Assembly (NCBI GenBank): GCA_028718185.1 | Contig: JAQUMH010000002.1 | Coordinates: forward strand, 4,088-68,087 | Origin: Elusimicrobiota bacterium | GTDB taxonomy: Bacteria > Elusimicrobiota > UBA8919 | Direction of reading: 5' to 3' | DNA length: 64,000 nt | Shown here: positions 1-9,536 of the stretch, one piece after another | How positions within the stretch are numbered: the first letter of the stretch is position 1 | Layout of the letters: each line of letters starts with the position of its first letter | The notes under the pieces: generated by a model | What the model saw: the letters and a program-made list of their open reading frames with translations, nothing else | Databases searched by the model: none | What the model was told of the DNA's origin: nothing | Translations under genes and position numbers: made by a program

Positions 1-998
1 TTTGCTGACGGTTTTATTTCTTCTCCACATCCGCATTTCTTTATTTTAAAATATCCTGCTGAAGCAATCATAGCTGCATTATCTGTACATAAAACTATTT
101 CAGGTATAAATAATTTTATATTCTCTGCCTTGCATTTTTCAACAAAAGTTGAACGTAATTGCGAATTAGAAGAAACGCCTCCGCCTAAAACTATTTTTTT
201 AATATTGTATTTCACAGATGCCATAATTGTTTTTTTTACAAGAACATCAACACACGCCTGCTGAAATGAAGCACAAATATCAAGAATCTGCCGGTTCCGT
301 TTTTTTATGTCAATTTTATTTGCAAAAATATAATTTATAATTGCAGTCTTGAGCCCTGAAAAAGAAAAATCCCAAGAATCATGCATATATGGTCTAGGAA
401 ATTTTATTTTTTCCGGATTTCCCTGTTTTGATAATCTATCTATTATAGGTCCTCCAGGGTAACCCAACTTCATAAATTTTGCAATTTTATCAAAAACTTC
501 ACCCACAGCATCATCACGGGTCCTGCCTAAAATTTCATATTTCCCCATATCTTTAACAAGAATCAAGTCAGTATGCCCTCCGGAAACGACAAGGGCAATG
601 AACGGTGGAACAAGTGCTGATTCCTGCTTTCTATGTCTATCTGTTTTTATGAAACTGGCAAAAATATGCCCTTCAATATGATTTACACCGACAATCGGAA
701 CTTTTAATATATCTGAAACTACCTGCGCAGTTGTTGTACCAATAAGCAGTGAACCAATAAGTCCCGGACCTTTCGTAACACTAACAGCATCAATCTTTTT
801 TATTTTTCTTAAAGCTTCTTCAATTACCACATTTATATTTTCAAGATGCTGCCGTGACGCAAGTTCAGGAACAACTCCACCGTATTTCTTATGAATCTTT
901 ATCTGTGACGATACAACATTTGTCAAAATAAATCTTCCGTCTTTTACAACAGCAGCCGACGTTTCATCACAAGAAGTTTCAATCCCAAGAATATTCAT
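1..998 (-). CDS. tsaD: tRNA N6-adenosine threonylcarbamoyltransferase TsaD (Kae1/Gcp family); C-terminus runs off the window start
   Basis: Minus-strand frame is open from the ATG (reverse complement of cat at 996-998) to position 1. The translation starts MNILGIETSCDETSAAVVKDGR and contains the metal-binding segment VNHIEGHIF plus a Gly-rich ASKH-fold motif. The ORF track omits it because there is no stop inside the window. Confidence 0.8.
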   Translation of the reverse strand, partial: MNILGIETSCDETSAAVVKDGRFILTNVVSSQIKIHKKYGGVVPELASRQHLENINVVIEEALRKIKKIDAVSVTKGPGLIGSLLIGTTTAQVVSDILKVPIVGVNHIEGHIFASFIKTDRHRKQESALVPPFIALVVSGGHTDLILVKDMGKYEILGRTRDDAVGEVFDKIAKFMKLGYPGGPIIDRLSKQGNPEKIKFPRPYMHDSWDFSFSGLKTAIINYIFANKIDIKKRNRQILDICASFQQACVDVLVKKTIMASVKYNIKKIVLGGGVSSNSQLRSTFVEKCKAENIKLFIPEIVLCTDNAAMIASAGYFKIKKCGCGEEIKPSA

Positions 999-1004
999 AA
1001 AGTA

Positions 1005-1075
1005 AAGTTTATAGAGTTTTAGAGTTATAGGGTTTTAGGGTTTTAACTCTATAACCCAATAACCCTATAACCATT
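1005..1075. repeat. tatagagttatagggtttt(t)agag repeat family, copy 1
   Basis: tatagagttttagagttatagggttttagggttttaactctataaccc. A related copy at 9440-9525 reads ttagttatagagttatagggtttttagagtttaaatcctaaaaac. Confidence 0.55.
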
Positions 1076-2147
1076 ATTTAACGGTTCCCTCGTTCTTAAC
1101 ATATTCCGAAACAGTTAAAAAAGAAATACCTGCTTTTTTAAATTCAGGAATAACTTTATAAAGTGCTAACGGAAGATTTTTTGTATGTATGTGTCCTATT
1201 GCTACACATCCGTCATTTTTCTCTACTTTTTTCTTTAGTAAATAAAGTTGTTTTAAAATGTATTCGAGATTGTCCTCGTTATCCAAAAAAACCTCGTTTC
1301 TTCGTGAGATTATATTCATATTAACAGCAACTTTATATGCGACAGATTTATTTGACGTACTTGAATCGACAAAAATAAGATTTTTTTGTTTTATAACGTT
1401 CAAAAATTCTGTAATTTTACTTTTATCTTGTGTAAAAGCACTTCCCATATGATTATTTACGCCTGTTACACCTTCAACATTTTTAAGATTTCTTAATACC
1501 ATATTTTCTATTTCTTTAGCAGACATATTCAGTAAAATTGCTGCCTTGCCGGGATTTACAGTTGGGTATCTTTCGGGTTCCATCGGCTGATGCAAAAAAT
1601 ATTCCTGATTGTTTTTTTTCAACTCGCTAACAAGATAAGCAGAATATCTTTCATAAGGAAGAATACTGTATGTAAGAGGAATATTCAACTTTAAAAAGCT
1701 TTCTAACTCATCTTTTTTATATCCTATATCATCAATTAAAATTGCTGCTTTTAATTTTACAGGTTTAGCCGGCAAAAATAAAATCTTATTTAAAATAATC
1801 CCGTTTTTTAAAATCAAAAGTAAATTATTTTTCCCGTCGAAATCAGTATTTACACCATAATATTCTTCAAGCCCAACTTTCACTTTTACAACTATATCAG
1901 CTATCTTTTTTGTATCAGTTTTTATATCTTTATTAACTTCAATCCACTTTGCGACTTTTGATTCTTTTTCAATACGGAGATTCCGTACTACTTCTTCGTT
2001 AGTTACCCCGGAATCTGTTAATATTTTGTTAATTTTAATGTCAATTTGGTTTGACAATGTAGAAAGATCTTCCGGTCTACTACGGAAATAGAATATAATT
2101 ATAATACATATAATTACAAGAATCAAAAGTCGCCAGAGTTTTTTCAT
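1074..2147 (-). CDS. divergent polysaccharide deacetylase family protein (YibQ-like), N-terminal membrane anchor
   Basis: 357 aa with an N-terminal TM helix. Motifs AILIDDIGY, LPYERYSAY, HQPMEP, NNHMGSAFT and VAIGHIH match the divergent polysaccharide deacetylase fold. Confidence 0.6.
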   Translation of the reverse strand: MKKLWRLLILVIICIIIIFYFRSRPEDLSTLSNQIDIKINKILTDSGVTNEEVVRNLRIEKESKVAKWIEVNKDIKTDTKKIADIVVKVKVGLEEYYGVNTDFDGKNNLLLILKNGIILNKILFLPAKPVKLKAAILIDDIGYKKDELESFLKLNIPLTYSILPYERYSAYLVSELKKNNQEYFLHQPMEPERYPTVNPGKAAILLNMSAKEIENMVLRNLKNVEGVTGVNNHMGSAFTQDKSKITEFLNVIKQKNLIFVDSSTSNKSVAYKVAVNMNIISRRNEVFLDNEDNLEYILKQLYLLKKKVEKNDGCVAIGHIHTKNLPLALYKVIPEFKKAGISFLTVSEYVKNEGTVK

Positions 2148-2150
2148 TCT

Positions 2151-3497
2151 TTATTTACCGATTAGAATATCTCTTACTTGTAAAATCTGTATCCCTCTCT
2201 CAAGAATTTCATCTTTTGCTTTTACATTTTGAACAATTGCAGTTGATGTTACAACATTGTAAGCGTCGGGCTTACCCGCTGCAGGTGAAACAGATTTTTT
2301 ATCTTTATCTTTATCCTTTTCTTTACCTTTATCTTTAGCATTTGCAATTTCATCATCTAATTCCTGTTTCTGAAGTGCAATTTCTGTCTCGCGTGTAACA
2401 TCGATAACTATATCAGGAGTTATTCCACCCGTTTTTTTCACTGGATCTCTATGAATACTTCTCCCGGATGGCGTATAATATTTTTGAGTTGTTAGTCTAA
2501 GCGATGCTCCACCTTCAAGCGGAAGAAGCGATTGGACAGAACCCTTACCGAATGACTGCATTCCTATAATAACTGCTCTCTTGTGATCTTGCATACAACC
2601 GGCAACTATTTCAGCCCCGGATGCAGAACCCTTATTAACTAAAACAACCATAGGAACATTTGCATAAGGAGCAGTTGAATCGCTGCGGTAATCCTGTCTC
2701 GGGAACTTTCTGCCCTGGGTAAAAACAATCAATTTATTTTCACCGACAAATCTTTTACAGATATCGACAGCAGTATTCAGCAACCCGCCCGGGTCATTTC
2801 TCAAATCAAAAACAATTGACTTCATACCTTGCTTCGTTAGCTCAGAAAGCGCAATGTCTAATTCTTCGGTTGTTTTTGCGTTCATTTCAGTAACCCTAAA
2901 ATAACCTATGGTATCAGTAAGCATCTTCGCTCCTACAACCGTTACAACCGGAATATCTTCTCTCGTCAATGTTAAATCAAACGGTTCTTTATCTTTACGA
3001 AATAAAGTTATCGTTACCTTGGTGCCGGGGAGACCCCGCAATTTTTCAACTGCCTTATCTGTTGAAAGATCTTTGGCATCTTCGCCGTTAATTTTTATAA
3101 TTTTATCTTCCGGTAAAATACCCATTCTCCACGCCGGTGTCCCTGGTATAGGTGTAACTACTGTAATCCAACCGTCATTTGATTCGGATATTCTGATTCC
3201 TAAACCCCCAAAATGACCTTCTGTATGAACTTTCATCTCTTTTGCTTCAGTAGGTTCCATGAACTGAGAAAAAGGGTCAAGTGTCCTCATCATTCCGTCA
3301 GCAGCACCGTAAATAAGCTTTTTCATATCCGGCTCATCTACATAACTTTCTCTTACATATACCAGTATCTGTGATAAAATCTTTATCTGGTTATAGACGT
3401 CATCAGAAGCTGCTTTGACCATGTCATACTTTAATAATGATACTCCTATTATTAAAAATAACACCAAAACTAAAAATCCTTTCTTTTTCTTAAACAT
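2151..3497 (-). CDS. ctpA: carboxy-terminal processing peptidase, S41A family (CtpA/Prc-like) with PDZ domain
   Basis: 448 aa with a signal/TM N-terminus. PDZ region (GGLGIRI, ILPEDKIIKING), catalytic-region motifs FDLRNDPGG and VLVNKGSASGAEI, and a C-terminal K/D-rich tail. Confidence 0.85.
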   Translation of the reverse strand: MFKKKKGFLVLVLFLIIGVSLLKYDMVKAASDDVYNQIKILSQILVYVRESYVDEPDMKKLIYGAADGMMRTLDPFSQFMEPTEAKEMKVHTEGHFGGLGIRISESNDGWITVVTPIPGTPAWRMGILPEDKIIKINGEDAKDLSTDKAVEKLRGLPGTKVTITLFRKDKEPFDLTLTREDIPVVTVVGAKMLTDTIGYFRVTEMNAKTTEELDIALSELTKQGMKSIVFDLRNDPGGLLNTAVDICKRFVGENKLIVFTQGRKFPRQDYRSDSTAPYANVPMVVLVNKGSASGAEIVAGCMQDHKRAVIIGMQSFGKGSVQSLLPLEGGASLRLTTQKYYTPSGRSIHRDPVKKTGGITPDIVIDVTRETEIALQKQELDDEIANAKDKGKEKDKDKDKKSVSPAAGKPDAYNVVTSTAIVQNVKAKDEILERGIQILQVRDILIGK

Positions 3498-3588
3498 TTT
3501 ACCTCCTGTAAATTTTTACTTCAAAGCCTGTATGAAACTAATTGTCGGTCGGAGAATTTATGGGCTAATATATTTTAACCCTCATGCT

Positions 3589-3679
3589 GTCATTGCGAGC
3601 CCGCCAACGGTTCAGTGGCGGGCGTGGCAATCTCTATTTAAAAACTACGAGATTGCTTCACCTTCGGTTCGCAATGACA
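3589..3679. mobile_element. MITE-like palindromic element, canonical copy, in the ctpA/envC intergenic spacer
   Basis: gtcattgcgagc + hairpin ccgccaacggttcagtggcggg + gcaatctc, a 14-bp spacer, then gagattgc...ttcggttcgcaatgac. The terminal inverted repeats are perfect (gtcattgcga / tcgcaatgac). The same modules recur at 39700-39850, 60850-60955, 61270-61320, 44005-44230 and 35195-35225. Confidence 0.7.
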
Positions 3680-3751
3680 CCAGTAATAATCTATATTTTA
3701 ACTTCAACAACAACCTCTATTCTTAACCTTTAGTTTTGTGACCGGCTATTT

Positions 3752-5056
3752 TTACTTCAACCAGCTAAGCGGGTCCTGGGGTACACCATCTCGCCTTAAT
3801 TCAAAATATAGCGATGCATCCTGCGTATAAACTGAAATCCCTACGATACCTATGACTTCACCTTTTTGTATTTCCTGTTCTTCTTTAACCATTATTTTAT
3901 CAAGATTACCGTATATGGAATAAAACCCTCCTAAATGGTCAATAATTACCATTTTCCCATATGACTTAAACTCACCGGCAAAAACTACTTTTCCTTTATC
4001 TATTGCAATTATATTCTGACCAAGTATTGATTTTATTCTTATCCCGTTGTTAATTACCCAAGTATCCAGTTCCGGATGTTTTTGTTTGCCAAAAATTGAT
4101 GAAACATTTTTTCTTAAATCAGATGTTTCACCTTCTATAGGCCAGGATATTAAACCTTTCTTTTTCGACATTTTAATCCTGGATAACCGTTCTTCTTCTT
4201 TTTGTTTTTCTGTTTCTTTAGCTTTTTTTTCTAAAAGATCTATTAATTCAGAAAGCATCGTTTCAGAGTCTCTTAAGCTGCCAATTTCCTGTTCATAAAA
4301 AATGCGTTTCTTAACAACAGTTGAAAGAAGCTGTTTTTTATCATTTTTTTGTCTTGAATATGTTTGTTCTGAAATACCTTTCTTTAATTCAAGATTTTTC
4401 AGTTCTTCCATCCCGCTTTCAAGTTTAATTTTAAGTGATTCATATTTGTTTACATTTTTTGCTGTTTGAAGATAAACGAACGATTTTTGTCTTGCTAAAA
4501 GCTGCAAGAATTTATAACGTTTTACCAAATCAGCCGATGAATTCGAAGAAAGCAATATCCTTGCCGAATATTCATCAGTAACCGGTCTTCCTACTCCCTG
4601 GATATATGCAAACCTTATCTCGTTTCTTAGCGTATCTTTCCACTTAATCATTTCTTTCTTTGTTATTTCTAACTTAATTTTTAAACCGTCTATAGATTTT
4701 TGCTGTTGAGCAATCAATATTTTTGTTTTTTGTAATTCAATTTTTGTTGATTCAAGGTTTCTTAGAATATTTTCAAGTTGTGATTCTATTGACGCTTCCT
4801 TTTTTTTTATAATTTTTACATTATCTTCTTTTTTAGAAATTTCTGTTTTAACCCCGGTCAGCTCTTTTTTACTCTTTTTTATTTTCTGTTTATATTCTTT
4901 TATCTGTTTATCATAATTATCAGCATAAGTATAACAAATACAAGAAAAAGCAATTATACTGAAATAAATAATCCCCGCTAAAACCTTCATGAATTGATTT
5001 TCAGTTTGCCGTTTTAAGCCTATTATTTTCTTTTTATTGTTTTTTTGAAAAAACAT
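3752..5056 (-). CDS. envC: EnvC-like murein hydrolase activator: N-terminal coiled coil plus C-terminal M23/LytM peptidase domain
   Basis: 434 aa. An N-terminal TM/signal is followed by about 300 aa of heptad-rich coiled coil and a C-terminal M23 fold (GIRIKS...VVFAGEF.SYGKMVIIDHLGGFYSIYGNL). It overlaps the ftsX stop, which suggests an operon. Confidence 0.75.
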   Translation of the reverse strand: MFFQKNNKKKIIGLKRQTENQFMKVLAGIIYFSIIAFSCICYTYADNYDKQIKEYKQKIKKSKKELTGVKTEISKKEDNVKIIKKKEASIESQLENILRNLESTKIELQKTKILIAQQQKSIDGLKIKLEITKKEMIKWKDTLRNEIRFAYIQGVGRPVTDEYSARILLSSNSSADLVKRYKFLQLLARQKSFVYLQTAKNVNKYESLKIKLESGMEELKNLELKKGISEQTYSRQKNDKKQLLSTVVKKRIFYEQEIGSLRDSETMLSELIDLLEKKAKETEKQKEEERLSRIKMSKKKGLISWPIEGETSDLRKNVSSIFGKQKHPELDTWVINNGIRIKSILGQNIIAIDKGKVVFAGEFKSYGKMVIIDHLGGFYSIYGNLDKIMVKEEQEIQKGEVIGIVGISVYTQDASLYFELRRDGVPQDPLSWLK

Positions 5057-5789
5057 TTTTTGGTATTCTCAATGCTAAGCTTGCAACTATTACAATTATT
5101 AAAATTAATATAATTTCATATCTCGAAAAGAAAACCGGTGCCTTAAAATTTGGAACAAATAAATGTTTATAAATTATATTTAAGATATAAAAACCAATTC
5201 CTCCCCCGACAATTCCGTCATATATTCCGTGAATATATTCTTTTTTATTTGTCGACAAAAATACAGCAACAAATGAAATAATAATAAATAAGCTGAAAAT
5301 AAGATTTCCAAACCTGCTTAAGTTTCTAAATACTTTATTTATCGCTAGCAGATTTTCAGCTTCAACTGAAGTGTAATATATTTCTTCTATACCGTCTATT
5401 AATTTGACTTCTTCTGCTACCCTTTTAATTGTCTCGGGATCTTTTTTCGTTAAATAAATATCGACTGTTGCGGGAAGCGGGTTTTCGTCAAGAATTTTAA
5501 TTTGTTTGGCAAATTCCTGGTTTTTCTTAAACTCTTCAATCGCTTCTGCTTTGGAGGTATATTTTATTTTTTCTATTGTTTCAATATCGCTTATCTTTTT
5601 TAAAAGTTCGTCCTTTTGATTATCATTTTCTACATTATCGCTTATGAATGCAACAATTTCAACCCGTTCTTCAAGTAATGTAAGATAAGAAAACAGATTC
5701 TTTAAAACAAGTGAAAAAAATCCATAAAAAATCAAACTGACTAATATAAAAATAATTCCCAGTAACGATAGTTTTTTAATATATTTCAT
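5034..5789 (-). CDS. ftsX: cell-division permease FtsX-like protein
   Basis: 251 aa with an N-terminal TM helix and a periplasmic domain carrying the FtsX-like segments VEIVAFI and NPLPATVDIYL, followed by C-terminal TM helices. It lies immediately upstream of the EnvC-like gene. No ftsE is adjacent. Confidence 0.6.
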   Translation of the reverse strand: MKYIKKLSLLGIIFILVSLIFYGFFSLVLKNLFSYLTLLEERVEIVAFISDNVENDNQKDELLKKISDIETIEKIKYTSKAEAIEEFKKNQEFAKQIKILDENPLPATVDIYLTKKDPETIKRVAEEVKLIDGIEEIYYTSVEAENLLAINKVFRNLSRFGNLIFSLFIIISFVAVFLSTNKKEYIHGIYDGIVGGGIGFYILNIIYKHLFVPNFKAPVFFSRYEIILILIIVIVASLALRIPKNVFSKKQ

Positions 5790-6874
5790 GATAATTTGTT
5801 CCTTTCAAGCTCTGAAATACACAATTCGGCTGTTTTTTTTGCCTTATTTTTTAAATCTTCCAATATTTCAAACGTTTTATTTATACCATTCTTTTTGCCT
5901 GATATTTCGTTTAGCGTATATTTATAAATATCTCCGGACGTAAACTCATTTATTTTCGCGGAGTTTTCATACCCAATCAGACTAAGGAAATTTGTAATTT
6001 TCGAATATCTTGATATAGGGACAAATGGTATCCCATACTTTGATGCAAGAATTAAACCATGTAAACGCATGCTGACAATTACATCCAGCCGTGAAAACAG
6101 CTTTAATATATCATCAATTTCTTCCCAGATAAAAATTTCTGTCTTTTGAGCAATCTCATTTTGTATCATTCTAAGTATTTTCAAATCTGATGTTTTCTGA
6201 AATGGTATAAAAATAATTTTTGTCCCCGTATTTTCCATGAACAACCTTGAAAGTTCGGAAAATATTTTTATATCCTTTTTCCAATTACCGGTTTTTCTGA
6301 TAATTACACCTATTTGATTATTTTGTATATTATTGTTCTTTTTATACGGCTCTAAATCAAGCCCGAACACCGGATCTGCCGTAATAGTAATTTCTTTCCT
6401 TACCCCGAAAGATTCTAACATTTCTTTATCTTGTCGTGTACGTACTGTAATGCGGTTTACTTTATTAAAACAATTCTTAATAAAATATCTATTGAATAAA
6501 TGCCTGATTTCACCAATACCTACAGCATAAACAAAAACAGTCTTTTTGAAAATAGCTGCAATAAATATTATTAAAAGGTAATACCATAGACTTAAAGAAC
6601 CTGTCGTGTCCTGGAAAAGACCGCCGGCACCCGAAACAAGCATTTTACAATTTTTAATCTCTTTTAATATGGTAAAAAGATTCCATCTGTTAATTGAGCG
6701 CAAATTATATGTTATTGCCGTTTCTTTTGGTGTCGCTGACAATACAGTAATTTTTATCCCAGGCTTGTAAAATCTTAAATCATTTACTATTGCTTTAAGA
6801 ATAAGTTCATCGCCTGTATTTTTGAAACCATAATAACCGGAAATAACTATATCAGACATTTGCTGTTTTACCAA
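5786..6874 (-). CDS. csaB: polysaccharide pyruvyl transferase CsaB-like
   Basis: 362 aa. N-terminal ISGYYGFKNTGDELIL and a central GxGGL segment are typical of the PS_pyruv_trans family. Confidence 0.7.
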   Translation of the reverse strand: MVKQQMSDIVISGYYGFKNTGDELILKAIVNDLRFYKPGIKITVLSATPKETAITYNLRSINRWNLFTILKEIKNCKMLVSGAGGLFQDTTGSLSLWYYLLIIFIAAIFKKTVFVYAVGIGEIRHLFNRYFIKNCFNKVNRITVRTRQDKEMLESFGVRKEITITADPVFGLDLEPYKKNNNIQNNQIGVIIRKTGNWKKDIKIFSELSRLFMENTGTKIIFIPFQKTSDLKILRMIQNEIAQKTEIFIWEEIDDILKLFSRLDVIVSMRLHGLILASKYGIPFVPISRYSKITNFLSLIGYENSAKINEFTSGDIYKYTLNEISGKKNGINKTFEILEDLKNKAKKTAELCISELERNKLS

Positions 6875-8309
6875 GAAAGTATGAATAAATATAAATTAAT
6901 ATTATACCTAAAATTATCCCAAAACATATTCCGTTAAAACTTCTTAAAAGTGAAATATAAAATGGAGTATGAATATGGCAAAATGTATTTATTATTGAAA
7001 TCTGCCCGATTATTCCAATAACAAAAAATGGTTTCCACATATAACTTTTTACATTATACTTAAGATAACTAGCTAACAGCATAAACGGGTGACCGATACA
7101 AAATTCCTTGAGACGAGGTCTGATATAAAATATTTTTTCCAGCAAAGAACGGAAAGTATCTTCCGTAGAAGTAATACTGCCGTAATTTCCGGTTCTCATG
7201 ATATAAAAACCTGCTGCCAAAATCAAAACACCTAAAGAAAACAATTCAATATATAACACAGGTTTTTTTAGAAACCCATTAAAATTATCTTTAAATAACA
7301 TATAACATATAAAAAGCACAGGCATAATTGAAGCTATCTTTACTCCGCTAAATAAATCAACTTCCAGCATAAAATTCTTCATTGATAAAACACCTGCAAT
7401 TATAACTCCGGATAATAAAGAAATTAGTGTTAATATAAGAAAAGCAGCAACTGTCTTTAAAACAGGGGACCTCTTGGTGAATATAAAACTGAGATTTGGC
7501 AATAACAAAAATATAAATACCGGAGATAATAATGCTACAAGCAATGAAATGATTTTTAAAAAAATAGTGTATTTCAAAAGTTTAACGTTTATATCTTTTA
7601 CCGGAGCAGGTCTTTCTATGTTAAATCCGGCTTCTTTCAGGACATTTTTTGATTGACGGATATATTCAATTGCATTCTCCAAATCAGTTTGTGCCAAATC
7701 AACAATAACTATCCTTACATTCCTTTCTAAGACTGCTCTTTTTATTCTTTCAAGATTTTTCTTATAATCCCCTTCCCATCTTGTCTTAAATACCCTGAAT
7801 CCCGTAGATGTATTTTCCAATATTTTTCTAACTTCTTTCTGCTTGGCAAATTCAACAAGCCCGAAAGTATAATCAAAATCTTTTGGAATTTCCCCGTAAA
7901 AATCGTCAGATAAAATAACAGATAATATGCCCGGCGTTTTTACGGGCACTTTAGAAATATCTCCCTGTACAGACAAAACAATATTAAGATTCAGTTTTGA
8001 AGCATTTGAAATTTTTTCCGGCGACGGTCCATAATATTTTTCCTGTGGAAGTTTCTTGTATTTTATCTCGCCGCTTTCCTCATAATATTCTTTTGCTTTT
8101 TCATCTGATATTACGACCGTATTTATTCCGGCATTCTTAAAATCAACTAATTTCTCAACTCCGAAAAAGTTAGCCGCATCATCATATTCAATCGCTAATG
8201 CCACCGAATGGTTGTCTTCGTTATGAATTCTGTTTTTCAACGGTATGATGACCATGCATGAAAGTATAATAACAAAAACAATATAAATAATAACTATTTT
8301 TTTTAACAT
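6852..8309 (-). CDS. DUF5693-like polytopic membrane protein (usual CsaB partner)
   Basis: 485 aa with an N-terminal TM helix, a soluble domain, and about 8 C-terminal TM helices. The call rests on gene-neighbourhood and architecture recall, not on a database search. Confidence 0.4.
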   Translation of the reverse strand: MLKKIVIIYIVFVIILSCMVIIPLKNRIHNEDNHSVALAIEYDDAANFFGVEKLVDFKNAGINTVVISDEKAKEYYEESGEIKYKKLPQEKYYGPSPEKISNASKLNLNIVLSVQGDISKVPVKTPGILSVILSDDFYGEIPKDFDYTFGLVEFAKQKEVRKILENTSTGFRVFKTRWEGDYKKNLERIKRAVLERNVRIVIVDLAQTDLENAIEYIRQSKNVLKEAGFNIERPAPVKDINVKLLKYTIFLKIISLLVALLSPVFIFLLLPNLSFIFTKRSPVLKTVAAFLILTLISLLSGVIIAGVLSMKNFMLEVDLFSGVKIASIMPVLFICYMLFKDNFNGFLKKPVLYIELFSLGVLILAAGFYIMRTGNYGSITSTEDTFRSLLEKIFYIRPRLKEFCIGHPFMLLASYLKYNVKSYMWKPFFVIGIIGQISIINTFCHIHTPFYISLLRSFNGICFGIILGIILIYIYSYFLGKTANV

Positions 8310-8348
8310 TTTTAAATCAAATATTCAGTATTCTTAAAATTAAAACTT

Positions 8349-9410
8349 TTAGTCAAACCTCTTTTTAAGATTATTTCTATCTCTCTCTAAATCGTCCGGG
8401 GTCTTTATCGGAATGAATCTTTTTTCTCTATCAACAACAACATATTTTGTCTTTAGCATTGCAGAAAGGTCACCGGTAAGCCGTTCAAACTGTATAACTT
8501 TTTTATCCCCGACCTTTTTTTCAACATAATAAAAAGGTAATGAAAAGGAGCTTTTTAGTGCACTTGCTTTAAAAACATAAGTTGCTGTGTTGAAAACAGA
8601 AATTGAATCCTGGTTAAAATCCGGAGGGAACTTGAACTGCTCTACAATTTCCACATGCCCGTCAACAACTGCCGGAGCACCGCCTTTATCTCCGGGATAT
8701 TTTACGGCAAGTTCAGCGGTCATTTCCGATTTTCCTTCTATGTGGTACCCCAAAATCTGCTCGTCTATTGTGGCTCCAAGATTATCTACATTAGAATACC
8801 ATAAATGTTCGCCGCCATTCTTAATAAAATCATTCAGAAAACCGCTTTTTTGAAACGCGTAAATAAAATCGCCGTGTCCCGGACCGTAATAACTGTCTTT
8901 TTCCGGCAAAAAATAACTCCCGTCAATATTCAATCGTTTTGCAATAAACTGACTAAAACACTTTATATTATTTTCAAGCCCGAAATAGCCGTTTTCTTTA
9001 AGATATTTAAGTGTCGAATTCTCTGTTGCAAAGCTATTCATTATGTAAATCGGAATTGAAACATTATATTTTAAGTTAACTTTTTTTATTTGTTCAAGTT
9101 TTATCTGTAAAAAACTCTTTTTATCATAAACTTCAACAATCCCTTTGACAACCCCGCCAAATCTTGTCGCCATCCCGCCGTTAACAACCACAATACCTAA
9201 TTTTTTACTCTTTATTGCAGCAGCCCCAACCTCAGCCAATGTTTGTTTTGTATCCAAATCTTTCTCTGAATTAAAAAATTTTGTTTCATCAGGCGATTCC
9301 ACCTTTCCCTTGATAATGTTATTTTTATCGGAAAATTCACCCGACAGAAACTTTTTTCTTAAATCCTCAAACAACTTTTCATCATAATTATATTTTTTCA
9401 AAATATCCAT
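8349..9410 (-). CDS. UDPGP-family sugar-1-phosphate nucleotidylyltransferase (UTP--glucose-1-phosphate uridylyltransferase-like)
   Basis: 353 aa. KLGIVVVNGGMATRFGG resembles the UDPGP signature LNGGLGTSMG. The protein is shorter than canonical UGP/UAP enzymes. Confidence 0.45.
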   Translation of the reverse strand: MDILKKYNYDEKLFEDLRKKFLSGEFSDKNNIIKGKVESPDETKFFNSEKDLDTKQTLAEVGAAAIKSKKLGIVVVNGGMATRFGGVVKGIVEVYDKKSFLQIKLEQIKKVNLKYNVSIPIYIMNSFATENSTLKYLKENGYFGLENNIKCFSQFIAKRLNIDGSYFLPEKDSYYGPGHGDFIYAFQKSGFLNDFIKNGGEHLWYSNVDNLGATIDEQILGYHIEGKSEMTAELAVKYPGDKGGAPAVVDGHVEIVEQFKFPPDFNQDSISVFNTATYVFKASALKSSFSLPFYYVEKKVGDKKVIQFERLTGDLSAMLKTKYVVVDREKRFIPIKTPDDLERDRNNLKKRFD

Positions 9411-9439
9411 ATATATTTTTTTTATTCTAAAACAAAAAG

Positions 9440-9525
9440 GAAAATTGTTTTAGTTATAGAGTTATAGGGTTTTTAGAGTTTAAATCCTAAAAACACTTTC
9501 TATAACCTTGCTTAACGAAATCCTT
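9440..9525. repeat. tatagagttatagggttttt agag repeat family, copy 2
   Basis: Shares a core of more than 20 nt with 1005-1075. Both copies are intergenic. Confidence 0.55.
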
Positions 9526-9536
9526 CTGACAACAGT

